Notes: generated by a model not told the origin, from the sequence alone. A stretch of 64,000 nucleotides of DNA from Dehalococcoidia bacterium (GCA_965116325.1 OZ220675.1:833536-897535); one strand, 5' to 3'. Positions 8,777 to 16,739 are shown, numbered from the stretch's first letter. Translations and numbers: made by a program.

Positions 8777-10837
8777 CTATCTTGGGAAAGCGTCCCGCAC
8801 TCCCCCATCCACGGGGAGCATGGCGCCGGTGGTCTTGGATGACCGGGGGCCTGCCAGGAACAGGACGCTCTCGGCCACATCCTCGGCGGTGATGCTGGCT
8901 TGCAGCAGGTTCCGCTTGCGGTAGAACTCCTCCAGCCCGTCCACGGGAATGCCGTGGGCCTGGGCCCGCTGCTCCCGCACTTCCTGGGACCACAGGGCCG
9001 ACCCCTGGAAGATGGCATCGGGGTTGACTATGTTGCACCGGATGCCATGCTCACCGTTCTCTATAGCCAGCACCTTGGCCATCTGTACCTCGGCCGCCTT
9101 GGATGCGCTGTAGGCCCCGAAGTCCTTGCCCGGGGATGGGACGTTCTTGGTGCCGACGAACACCAGGCTGCCCCCTAAGCCCTGCTCACGCATGATGGCC
9201 ACCGCCTGCCGGGCAACCAGGAAGTGCCCCGTCGCGTTGATGTCCATGGCCCGCTGCCAGTCCCTGAGGGTAAGCTGGTCCAGAGCACCCACCGGGGCGA
9301 TGCCCGCGTTGGATACCAGGATATCCAGCCCGCCATAGGTGAGGCGCACCTGCTGGAAGGCTGAGGCCACCTCGTCTTCGTCGGTTACGTCCATGCGCAG
9401 CCCTATGGCCCGGCCATCTCCGTGGGCTTGGTTCAGATCGTCGGCAACGGACTGGCAGGCTGCCTCGTCCAGGTCGGTGACCACTACATGGGCACCCTCG
9501 GCCGCCAACCGCCGGGCGATGGCCTCCCCAATGCCGTGGGCGCCGCCTGTAACCAGGGCGACCTGTCGCTCCAGCTCCTTTTCCGGGGGCGCAAGGGTCA
9601 GCTTGTACAGCTCCAGGGGCCAGTACTCAGCCTCGAAGATGTCCCGGTTGCTGATGGAAGCGTACCCGCCTATGCCCTCGGCGGAGGCGATGACCTGGAT
9701 GGTGTGGCGATACATCTCCCCGGAGACGCAAGCCGCGCGGGCATCCCTGCCGGCAGACCACATACCCAAACCGGGGACCAGGATGACCCGCGGGTAGGGG
9801 TCCAATATTGGGACGCTTCCATCAGAGTGTTCTTCGTAGTAGCGCGTGTAGCCAGCGACGTAGGCATCAACGGCAGACGCAAGCTGGGCCTGCATCGAGG
9901 CCGCATCTTTCGAGGCGTCCACCTCCGCCCAGAAGGGAGCTCCCTTGGTGCGTATCACATGGTCGGGAGTGGCTGGGCCGATGCTGCTCAGCGCTTTGCC
10001 GCGGGCCGAGTCCACGAATTCCAGCACCTCCGGAGAGTCGTCGTACCAGAGCACCTTCTTGCTGCGACTCCCAACGAGGCCCCTCAGAGTGGGAGCTACG
10101 CGGGCGGCTATGCGACGCCTGTCGCCATCGTCCATGGGCTGTCGTGCTCGTCCTCCAAAGGCTGACGCACCCCGACCGCTTTTGCGGATTTGCGCCTCAG
10201 CCATGGAAACCAGCTCGATGTGGGTATCGTAGGCCTCCCTGGGGGTGTCCCCCCAGGTGATCAGCCCATGGTTGGACAGGACCATGCCTCGAAGGCCGAG
10301 GTTGGCCCGTGCCGACTCGCCGACCTCCTTTGCCAAGGCAAAGCCGGGGCGCAGGTACTGCACTACGCCGACGGCGCCCCCGAAGGCTACTTCCAGGGAC
10401 CGGTTGGCGTTCGCGTTGTTGGTCAGGGCGATGACCGCATCGGCATGAGAGTGCACGATGCTCTTGTGGGGGAGGAAGGCGTGTAGGAGGGTCTCGATTG
10501 AGGGCCTGGGCGCACCCGGGTCCAGCAGGCAGCGGCCCAGGTAGGCGACCATCACCTCATCGGTCATGGAATCTCCCTCGAACAGGGTGAGGATGTCGTC
10601 CAGCCTGAGGGCGGGGAAGTCGGCGGAAGTGCACGATTTCATGTCGGAGCCGCTGGCCTTGATGCGCATGACGGGAGTTGGGCGTCCCCGGAAGTCAGTC
10701 TCAGTGACCTTCAGGGAGGTGTTGCCTCCGCCCCACAGGACGAGGTCAGGGTCTTCCCCGAGGAGGCGGCTCTGATAGACCAGCATCTCCAGGTCGGAAA
10801 GGCCATTGGTTTCCTCATCTGACCAGCGGTTTTGCAT
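8777..10837 (-). CDS. bifunctional class II aldolase (rhamnulose-1-phosphate aldolase-like) / short-chain dehydrogenase
   Basis: N-terminal aldolase/adducin-like part (LWGGGNTS, HSHAD) fused to an SDR part (VTGGAHGIGEAIARRLAAEGAHVVV, YSASKAA). Confidence 0.9.
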   Translation of the reverse strand: MQNRWSDEETNGLSDLEMLVYQSRLLGEDPDLVLWGGGNTSLKVTETDFRGRPTPVMRIKASGSDMKSCTSADFPALRLDDILTLFEGDSMTDEVMVAYLGRCLLDPGAPRPSIETLLHAFLPHKSIVHSHADAVIALTNNANANRSLEVAFGGAVGVVQYLRPGFALAKEVGESARANLGLRGMVLSNHGLITWGDTPREAYDTHIELVSMAEAQIRKSGRGASAFGGRARQPMDDGDRRRIAARVAPTLRGLVGSRSKKVLWYDDSPEVLEFVDSARGKALSSIGPATPDHVIRTKGAPFWAEVDASKDAASMQAQLASAVDAYVAGYTRYYEEHSDGSVPILDPYPRVILVPGLGMWSAGRDARAACVSGEMYRHTIQVIASAEGIGGYASISNRDIFEAEYWPLELYKLTLAPPEKELERQVALVTGGAHGIGEAIARRLAAEGAHVVVTDLDEAACQSVADDLNQAHGDGRAIGLRMDVTDEDEVASAFQQVRLTYGGLDILVSNAGIAPVGALDQLTLRDWQRAMDINATGHFLVARQAVAIMREQGLGGSLVFVGTKNVPSPGKDFGAYSASKAAEVQMAKVLAIENGEHGIRCNIVNPDAIFQGSALWSQEVREQRAQAHGIPVDGLEEFYRKRNLLQASITAEDVAESVLFLAGPRSSKTTGAMLPVDGGVRDAFPR

Positions 10838-10881
10838 CAGCGCCTTTCATGCCCTCCACGCCCAGGCCGCCTAGCTAGGAT

Positions 10882-11036
10882 GTCCGTTCCCCTTCTATTT
10901 CCCTCAGGGCGAACGGACATCCGAAGATCGGCCAATGCAGGTTCCCGCTCCCCGTTTTCACCGAGACAAGCTTCACGGGAATAACGAAGTTGCTTCCCTG
11001 CCGCTTCCTGGATTGCGGCCTCCGCCGCAATGACGG
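10882..11036. repeat. composite intergenic palindromic repeat (hairpin A + hairpin B modules)
   Basis: Hairpin A GTCCGTTCCCCTTCTATTTCCCTCAGGGCGAACGGAC (10882-10918). Hairpin B CCTGGATTGCGGCCTCCGCCGCAATGACGG (11007-11036). Both modules recur at 31.7, 49.6 and 50.9 kb. Confidence 0.6.
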
Positions 11037-11070
11037 TGCGGCGTTTCGTCAAAGCACCCTCTTCCAGGCA

Positions 11071-11865
11071 TTACGCCACGCCGGCTTTGACACCCCGGAA
11101 CAGCTCGTCGGCTTCCTCGGCGGTGCCGCCCTCGTGGACGATGTAGCGGATGGCCCGGATCATGGCCACAGGCGCGTCATTCTGCCAGATGTTCCGCCCC
11201 AGGTTCACACCTATGGCGCCCCTGACCATGCCGTCGTGCACAAATTCGAACACCTCCCGCTCTGTGTCCACCTGGGGCCCCCCGGCCATGATGACCGGCA
11301 CGGGACAGCCCTCCACCACCTTTTCGAACTCCTCGCACCAGTAGGTCTTCACCACCTTGGCCCCCAGCTCAGCCGCGATGCGGCAGCACAGGCCCAGGTA
11401 GCGGGCATCCCGCTTCTCCATCTCGCGGCCCACGGCCGTCACCGCCATCACGGGGATGCCGTACCGCTCCCCCTCGCTGACCAGGGAAGACAGGTTCAGG
11501 AGGTTCTCCTTTTCGTAGTCGGACCCGATGAACACCGAAATGCCCACCGCCGATGCGTTCAGGCGGATCGCCTCCTCCATGGGTGTGGTGATGCCCTCGT
11601 TGGCCAGGTCGTTGCCCACCATGCTGGTCCCGCCGGACACGCGCAGGACGATGGGCTTGGCCTTGGCGGGAGGAATGGCGGAGCGGAGGACTCCCCGGGT
11701 CACGAAGACGGCATCGGAGTAGGGCAGCAGGGGTTCCAGGGTCTGCCAGGGGCTCTCCAAGCTCCTGGTGGGTCCCTGGAAATAGCCGTGATCGATGGGC
11801 ATGAACAAGCATCGGCCATCGGAAGGAATCACCTGGGCCAGCCGGTTCTCCATTCCCCAGTCCAT
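11071..11865 (-). CDS. class I aldolase, DhnA/FbaB/LsrF-type (DeoC/LacD superfamily)
   Basis: MPIDHGYFQGP opening and a Schiff-base lysine context AAELGAKVVKTYW, typical of archaeal-type class I FBP aldolase / ADH synthase / LsrF relatives. Confidence 0.85.
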   Translation of the reverse strand: MDWGMENRLAQVIPSDGRCLFMPIDHGYFQGPTRSLESPWQTLEPLLPYSDAVFVTRGVLRSAIPPAKAKPIVLRVSGGTSMVGNDLANEGITTPMEEAIRLNASAVGISVFIGSDYEKENLLNLSSLVSEGERYGIPVMAVTAVGREMEKRDARYLGLCCRIAAELGAKVVKTYWCEEFEKVVEGCPVPVIMAGGPQVDTEREVFEFVHDGMVRGAIGVNLGRNIWQNDAPVAMIRAIRYIVHEGGTAEEADELFRGVKAGVA

Positions 11866-11964
11866 CGGTGCAGCACCCCCTGTCTGTGATATGGGCCAAG
11901 TATATCAGCAGGCCCAAGGTGTGTCTTGGTGCCTTCCCCTCCCTTGACTGGAGAGGGCTGGAGT

Positions 11965-12091
11965 GAGGGTGACACCCCTCATCCTAACCTTCTCCCACCA
12001 GGGGCAATTTCTTCCCCCCTCCCTCGAGGGAGGGGATTCAGGGGAGGGTGTAACCCCCCTCATCCTAACCTTCTCCCACCAGGGGAGAAGG
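11965..12091. repeat. intergenic repeat/palindrome cluster
   Basis: Two copies of GAGGGTG(N3-5)CCCCTCATCCTAACCTTCTCCCACCAGGGG (11965-12004, 12044-12085). They flank a perfect 20-bp palindrome CCCCTCCCTCGAGGGAGGGG (12016-12035). The second copy closes into the CCTTCTCC/GGAGAAGG hairpin. Confidence 0.7.
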
Positions 12092-12097
12092 CATTTG

Positions 12098-12853
12098 CTA
12101 CCCGGACGGCAGCGTGAACTCCACCACCATGCCCGGCGCCAGCTCCAGCTCGGCGGCGAGTCCGGCGTTGACCTCCACAGCGTACTGGGCGGGTGAAGTG
12201 GAGCGGTATAGCGTGAGCTGGCCGGTGGGAACTCCTGGCTGGGGGTGCATGGTGTGGATGTTGACGATGCGGCGCTCCTGGTCCAGGAACATGATGTCCA
12301 AGGGTATCAGGGTCTCTTTCATCCAGAAGGACAATGTGGACTCCTGGGAGAAGACGAAGAGCATCCCGCCGTCGGGGGACAGAGATTCGCGGTTGGAGAG
12401 CCCGCGACTACGCTCCTGGGGGGTTATGGCCAGCTCCAGGATGAAGGTCTCCCCGGCGATGATGGCCTGCACCGAGCCCTCGGGAATTGGGGTCGGAGTG
12501 GGAACAGGCGTGTCGGTAGGTTCAGCCGTGGGCGTGTTCGTTGGAACGGCTGTGGGCACAGTTGTGGGCGTCGGCACGGGGGTCGGTGAGGGAATCAACG
12601 TGGCCGTGGGCGTCGGGGTCGCTGTGGGGGCATACGTGGGCGTAGCCGAGGGAGTTGCCACGGGAGTCGGAGCATCTGTGGGCAGAGGGGTTGGCGTAGG
12701 AGTAGCAGGAATGGGGTGAGCTGTCTCTGTCGAAGGGAGCGAAACCCCCGTAGGGTCTTCGACATCCATGGCGCCATGCCCACAGGCTGCGACAACGACG
12801 ACCACTGCCATCGCCAAAGCGAGGCTGGCAAGAGAGCGCATCAGCCTAGGCAA
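12098..12853 (-). CDS. DUF192 domain protein with signal peptide and Pro/Thr-rich linker
   Basis: C-terminal [30 protein letters not shown]...YAVEVNAG matches the DUF192 pattern. N-terminal [24 protein letters not shown] is lipoprotein-like, followed by PTPTP repeats. Confidence 0.8.
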   Translation of the reverse strand: MPRLMRSLASLALAMAVVVVVAACGHGAMDVEDPTGVSLPSTETAHPIPATPTPTPLPTDAPTPVATPSATPTYAPTATPTPTATLIPSPTPVPTPTTVPTAVPTNTPTAEPTDTPVPTPTPIPEGSVQAIIAGETFILELAITPQERSRGLSNRESLSPDGGMLFVFSQESTLSFWMKETLIPLDIMFLDQERRIVNIHTMHPQPGVPTGQLTLYRSTSPAQYAVEVNAGLAAELELAPGMVVEFTLPSG

Positions 12854-12903
12854 TTTGGGGGGAGCAGGGGTGGCATTGGTGATCTATAGGACACCGATTT
12901 GCT

Positions 12904-13707
12904 TTATCTGATTAGGGGTCTAAGTTTTTCAAGTTCTGCCGAATAATTGATGGTCTTGAATCCATGAAGAACAGCTACCATGAATGGCGGATAGAGCAAT
13001 GTGTAACTCATCTCGTCCACCGATGAGCCAAGAGCATTCGCCCCCTCGGCGGCCATTTCAGATTTATGGGTCCAGCCTGGAACCGCCTCTTGCAGGAATC
13101 CATAAATGTTCCTAAACAGGCGGGAAACCTTAGCTCTGGGTTCTCTAGACGATGCGTCTTTCGTTCCTGTTGACAGATACGAATTGGTTTCCAACAAGTT
13201 CTCTATGTTTTCCAACCCAATCTCTCTCGAATCTCCATATTCCGAGGTACGCCTGTCGTATAACCCTAACACGTCTTCGACCGCGGATTTCACTTCCTCG
13301 TCATCATTCCAATGAAACGAAGCTCTGACGAGTTTTCTGAAGCCTGCTCCCACGGAACTATCAACCACTAAGTCTCGCGATTCGCTTCCTAAGAGTGCAA
13401 AGGAATAGTAGTCCAAAAGGTGCAGGTAAAAGCAGTAGAACTCGCAACGCAAAAGGAACACACATTCCGGATCCAATTGAAGATTCCAGTGTGCCCCGAG
13501 GGACTCCACAAGGGAGTCACTCGAGGTGCGAGTTGCATTAGCTACCTTGAGATTCAGGTGGATCAATGCCTCAACGAGCCCTTCCACTCCATTGCCTAAG
13601 TTGCGAGGCACACTTTGCTCTCGCTGTCTTTCCACCTGTTTGGTTGCAGCCTCTTCCGGGTTGAAGAGTGACTGAACGATCTGTCCCAGATTTCGAAAAA
13701 CCCCCAA
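12904..13707 (-). CDS. hypothetical protein (267 aa)
   Basis: Long ORF in about 50% GC DNA (spot count), same strand as the three upstream island genes. No motif recognised. Confidence 0.5.
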   Translation of the reverse strand: MGVFRNLGQIVQSLFNPEEAATKQVERQREQSVPRNLGNGVEGLVEALIHLNLKVANATRTSSDSLVESLGAHWNLQLDPECVFLLRCEFYCFYLHLLDYYSFALLGSESRDLVVDSSVGAGFRKLVRASFHWNDDEEVKSAVEDVLGLYDRRTSEYGDSREIGLENIENLLETNSYLSTGTKDASSREPRAKVSRLFRNIYGFLQEAVPGWTHKSEMAAEGANALGSSVDEMSYTLLYPPFMVAVLHGFKTINYSAELEKLRPLIR

Positions 13708-13893
13708 AGCTCACCTCACTCAGTAAACATTTGCCAGCATACTCATTCTGACGTCGATTTGGCCATGTCGAGTCATCTAAAGCTGATCGCATATATTTGG
13801 GTTTCGGATTACACACCAGCCCATTTAACATCGTGTCCAGATACCTCGAACGAAGCTAGTGGGGAGGCCCCGGTTGCCTTCTGCGCTGTCTGG

Positions 13894-14481
13894 TCAACGC
13901 GTGATGCGGGAAGAATCCTCTTTTGCACCCAAATAGGCGGATACCATTCCGGTCCGTGTCTCGCCTCCCGAATCCATAACTACAACGGTGCGGCCTGTCG
14001 AAAGCAGTTCCTCGATATCGGACTTTACAGCTTCCTGCGTACCTGGGGGAAATGTGTTTTTCTTACCAAAATCATAAGTAGGGTGTTCCTTAACCACTAT
14101 ACCAAGTCCCTTATGATGGCAATTTAGCCACTCTTCAAACGTCAGACGATTCTTGCGTTCCGAGCAATCGTCGAAACCTCCGCAGAAACTATAGAAGGAG
14201 AATTCACTAGTCCCTTTAGCATCCTTCTTTTGGCCCAGAAGGGAGACTATTGCGATACTGGAGCCGCAATGTTCAGAAAGGCCAAGAACCCAAGAATGAA
14301 CGGCAGCGTCACTCACCTTCGCAATTTTGCTGCGTTCGCATGCCGACCTCCCCGGCCTTGCACAGGTGAAGAAATGGGAGACCCCCTTTGGGGTGTCCAC
14401 TTTCCATCGCTTGAGTCTGTAAGGTTTCTTGGGCTTAACGCCGGGAAGCTTAGTGCGCCTAGCATAACTTCTACTTGGCAC
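13894..14481 (-). CDS. dual-specificity/tyrosine phosphatase-like protein with Asp in place of the catalytic Cys
   Basis: Layout resembles bacterial DSP-like phosphatases: ARPGR..., IAIVSLL, general-acid-like HPTYDFGKKNTFPP, and P-loop position RTVVVMDSGGETRTGMVSAYL (expected VHCxxGxxRTG). Start lies 23 nt after the stop of the upstream gene. Confidence 0.5.
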   Translation of the reverse strand: MPSRSYARRTKLPGVKPKKPYRLKRWKVDTPKGVSHFFTCARPGRSACERSKIAKVSDAAVHSWVLGLSEHCGSSIAIVSLLGQKKDAKGTSEFSFYSFCGGFDDCSERKNRLTFEEWLNCHHKGLGIVVKEHPTYDFGKKNTFPPGTQEAVKSDIEELLSTGRTVVVMDSGGETRTGMVSAYLGAKEDSSRITR

Positions 14482-14504
14482 ATCACTCCCTTACAGGTTA
14501 TCAG

Positions 14505-15623
14505 CTACCGGACCTTCAGAGTACCGTCATAATTGTCCCACTCTGTAACCAGTCTTTCCGGTAACGAAAACACCACGCAGGTAAGACCATAACTACCATA
14601 GCACCACTTTTCTTCATCGAAGAAGGTCACAATTCCCTTTGGCGTGCCTTGGACGTGTAACACATCGTCCTGGGAAGAACCTCTAGTGAAATACCCTTCA
14701 GTTGTCGGTTCACTGGTCGATGGCAGCAGTAGGACCTTCAGAGTACCGTCGTAATTGTCCCACTCTGTAACCAGCCTCTCTGGTAAAGAGAACGTCACAC
14801 AGGTAAGACCATAACTACCGTAGCACCACTTTTCTTCATCGTAGAAAGTCACAATTTCCTTCGGCGTGCCTTGGACATGTAACACATCGTCCTGGGACGA
14901 ACCTCTAGTGAAATACCCTTCGGTTGTCGGTTCACTGGTCAAAGGCAGCAGTAGGACCTTCAGAGCACCGTCGTAATTGTCCCACTTTGTCACCAGCCTC
15001 TCTGGTAAAGAGAACGTCACGCAGGTAAGACCATAACTACCGTAGCACCACTTTTCCTCATCGTAGAAAACCGTAATTTCCTTCGGCGTTCCCTGAACAT
15101 GCTGCACAACATCTTGCGAGGACCCTCGGGTGAAGTAGTCCTGCCCCAGGACAGGTATTGGTGTCGGGGTAGGGACCGGCGTTGGTGTGGGTGTTGGGAT
15201 GGGGGTCGGCGTTGGCGTGGGTGTGGCAGTCGGTAGGGATGCGATACGGGTAGCCTCCTGGCTCCTGGCATACCTTTCCGCTTCCTGCTGCACTTCTATG
15301 GCTGACCGCGTGACCGCCTCCTCCAGCTCTTTTTGTCTCTGAACGGCGTCAATGGCTGCCCTGGTGGCGGCGATGTCCGGGGTGGGCCCGATGGTGGGAA
15401 AGGGAGCTGATGTTGGTATTGGAGCACGGGTCCCAACTGAGTCAGATAAGGCTGCTACTGGCACCGCACCTGCCCGCCTCACAATCGCCGGGGTCGAGAT
15501 GGGAACAGGAGTCCTTGTCGGCAGCAAACTGACGCTGCCAGCGCCTCCGCCATCTCCATTACCGTCTCCACTCCAGTTGGATGCAGCTACCATCACAATT
15601 GCTATGACAACAGCCACGCCCAC
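14505..15623 (-). CDS. membrane-anchored Pro/Thr-rich protein with three tandem 74-aa domains (probably the C-terminal part of the J-domain gene upstream)
   Basis: Hydrophobic N terminus GVAVVIAIVMVAAS, TPTPTP linker, then 3x GYFTRGSSQDDVLHVQGTPKEIVTFYDEEKWCYGSYGLTCVTFSLPERLVTEWDNYDGTLKV. The listed GTG start lies inside a TM helix and lacks a well-spaced SD. Confidence 0.7.
   Translation of the reverse strand: MGVAVVIAIVMVAASNWSGDGNGDGGGAGSVSLLPTRTPVPISTPAIVRRAGAVPVAALSDSVGTRAPIPTSAPFPTIGPTPDIAATRAAIDAVQRQKELEEAVTRSAIEVQQEAERYARSQEATRIASLPTATPTPTPTPIPTPTPTPVPTPTPIPVLGQDYFTRGSSQDVVQHVQGTPKEITVFYDEEKWCYGSYGLTCVTFSLPERLVTKWDNYDGALKVLLLPLTSEPTTEGYFTRGSSQDDVLHVQGTPKEIVTFYDEEKWCYGSYGLTCVTFSLPERLVTEWDNYDGTLKVLLLPSTSEPTTEGYFTRGSSQDDVLHVQGTPKGIVTFFDEEKWCYGSYGLTCVVFSLPERLVTEWDNYDGTLKVR
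14508..15143. repeat. 222-bp tandem repeat, about 2.9 copies, in-frame inside the CDS
   Basis: GGACCTTCAGAG(T/C)ACCGTC recurs at 14510, 14732 and 14954 (period 222 = 74 codons). Copies are about 90% identical by eye. Confidence 0.85.
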
Positions 15624-15659
15624 TACAATGGCTATTGTCCTTGGGACACTGGTTTCTCC

Positions 15660-15992
15660 TCATCCCGGAAACGTTACTGGGGGTGGTGTGCGAGGAGGGG
15701 GTGGAGGCGACGCCCCTGTGTTTGACGCTCGGCGGGCACGATGGTCGTCTGGGGCTTCAGTTTCCTCTCGAACCTGGGCAGTTCGCCGGCGGTCGTATGC
15801 TCCACGTAGGTCGGGGTCGCTTAGAGTCCCATATGCAAGGTTCAGCCGCGTCATGATCTCGGCGGCCTCTTGCGACGGGTTGACGTCGGGATGATACAGC
15901 CGGGCGAGCCTCCGATATGCCGATTGAATTACGTCAGGATGGGCTGACGGATGGACCTGAAGAATTTCGTACAGGTCTTCAAGATCAGCCAA
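15660..15992 (-). CDS. J-domain (DnaJ-like) protein, ends at an in-frame TGA
   Basis: DLYEILQVHPSAHPDVIQSAYRRLARLYHPDVNP ... GTLSDPDLRGAYD with the HPD motif, then a Pro-rich tail. TGA at 15660-15662 is in frame with the next ORF 12 codons downstream. Confidence 0.85.
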   Translation of the reverse strand: MADLEDLYEILQVHPSAHPDVIQSAYRRLARLYHPDVNPSQEAAEIMTRLNLAYGTLSDPDLRGAYDRRRTAQVREETEAPDDHRARRASNTGASPPPPPRTPPPVTFPG

Positions 15993-16035
15993 ACTTGGTC
16001 ACCTCAATTCACGAGTTGGTTCGAGCCATCATAAC

Positions 16036-16069
16036 AAAAACCGGGCCCTTATCAGGCCCGGCTCTTTTT
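16036..16069 (-). terminator. intrinsic terminator-like hairpin (bidirectional shape) ending the 16S-trailer/TA transcription unit
   Basis: CCGGGCC (16041-47) / GGCCCGG (16055-61) with a 7-nt loop. Flanked by AAAAA (16036-40, which gives UUUUU after the hairpin on the minus strand) and TTTTT (16065-69). Confidence 0.5.
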
Positions 16070-16132
16070 GTGTGTGCTCCTTAGCCTCTGGATAGTGGAA
16101 GGAGAGGTGTTTTATCCGTTGGGAATCGGTGG
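16056..16132. repeat. direct repeat copy A (distal duplicate of the 16S trailer segment)
   Basis: 77 nt, 74/77 identical to 16782-16858, with the first 58 nt identical. Contains a second copy of the processing-stem 3' strand (16070-16109). Confidence 0.9.
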
Positions 16133-16145
16133 CTGAGCCCGCCGG

Positions 16146-16493
16146 CTACTGGGGGCGGATCCTGACTCGCCCCGGTTCGGCACTGACCAGGGTGCCGTAG
16201 CGAATCTCCCCACCATAACGGGACAGCACCATCAGGCATGCGTCCGCCTGTTGCTCAGCTCGCCAGTTCACTAGGCGAATGATTCCCGCGTGGGGCATCC
16301 CATGGAGGACTGCCAGTTCACCGAAATCTTTATCGAGGGTAACCAGCACTCGTCCTTCGTCCAAGGCACGCGCCATGATTTCGGCATCGGAGACATTCTC
16401 CGGCCACTCACCAGCCCATACGACATCGTGTCCAGCAGCCACCAGCGAATCACGCGACCCTCCCCATACACAGGCATCCAGCAATAGCCTCAC
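16146..16493 (-). CDS. PIN-like (DUF5615 / Mut7-C type) putative toxin
   Basis: MRLLLDACVW...DAEIMARALDEGRVLVTLDKDFGEL is the usual DUF5615 PIN-like pattern. Starts 3 nt after the DUF433 gene stop. Confidence 0.75.
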   Translation of the reverse strand: MRLLLDACVWGGSRDSLVAAGHDVVWAGEWPENVSDAEIMARALDEGRVLVTLDKDFGELAVLHGMPHAGIIRLVNWRAEQQADACLMVLSRYGGEIRYGTLVSAEPGRVRIRPQ

Positions 16494-16496
16494 CGG

Positions 16497-16739
16497 CTAT
16501 TCGACCACAAGGGATTCGATGCGCTCGCGTCCCACTATCCTGCGGGCGTAGATGAGACAAGCCTGGATATCCTCAGCTTCCAGCCAGGGGTATCCACCGA
16601 TGATGGTCTCGGGAGTGCTGCCGGCAGCTAGCATATCCAGAATGTGTTCGACTGCCAGTCGCCTACCCCGGACGATAGGCTTACCCTCGAAAATCTCGTG
16701 GTTGATAGTGATTCTTTCCAGTAACTTGCCTTCATCCAT
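16497..16739 (-). CDS. DUF433 domain protein, putative antitoxin
   Basis: ITINHEIFEGKPIVRGRRLAVEHILDMLAAGSTPETIIGGYPWLEAEDIQACLIYA matches the DUF433 pattern. DUF433 is the canonical upstream partner of DUF5615 genes. Confidence 0.75.
   Translation of the reverse strand: MDEGKLLERITINHEIFEGKPIVRGRRLAVEHILDMLAAGSTPETIIGGYPWLEAEDIQACLIYARRIVGRERIESLVVE

Noticed and set aside
10837-11052. 71-aa ORF, and similar ORFs at 11926-12196, 31625-32018 and 49349-49795
   Set aside because: They are read across palindromic intergenic repeat elements. Their peptide sequences (e.g. [20 protein letters not shown]) are the familiar translation artefacts of such repeats.
12480-12720. Nucleotide repeat in the Pro/Thr-rich linker of the DUF192 protein (and 15140-15250 in the J-protein partner)
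   Set aside because: This is low-complexity PT-linker coding sequence with an irregular period. It is a compositional feature of secreted proteins, not a discrete repeat element.
15660-15662. TGA as selenocysteine or reassigned codon
   Set aside because: No SECIS-like hairpin is evident immediately downstream, and the position is in a Pro/Gly linker rather than a redox motif. Every other gene in the window uses TGA as a normal stop. Nonsense mutation, sequencing error or low-level read-through are more parsimonious.
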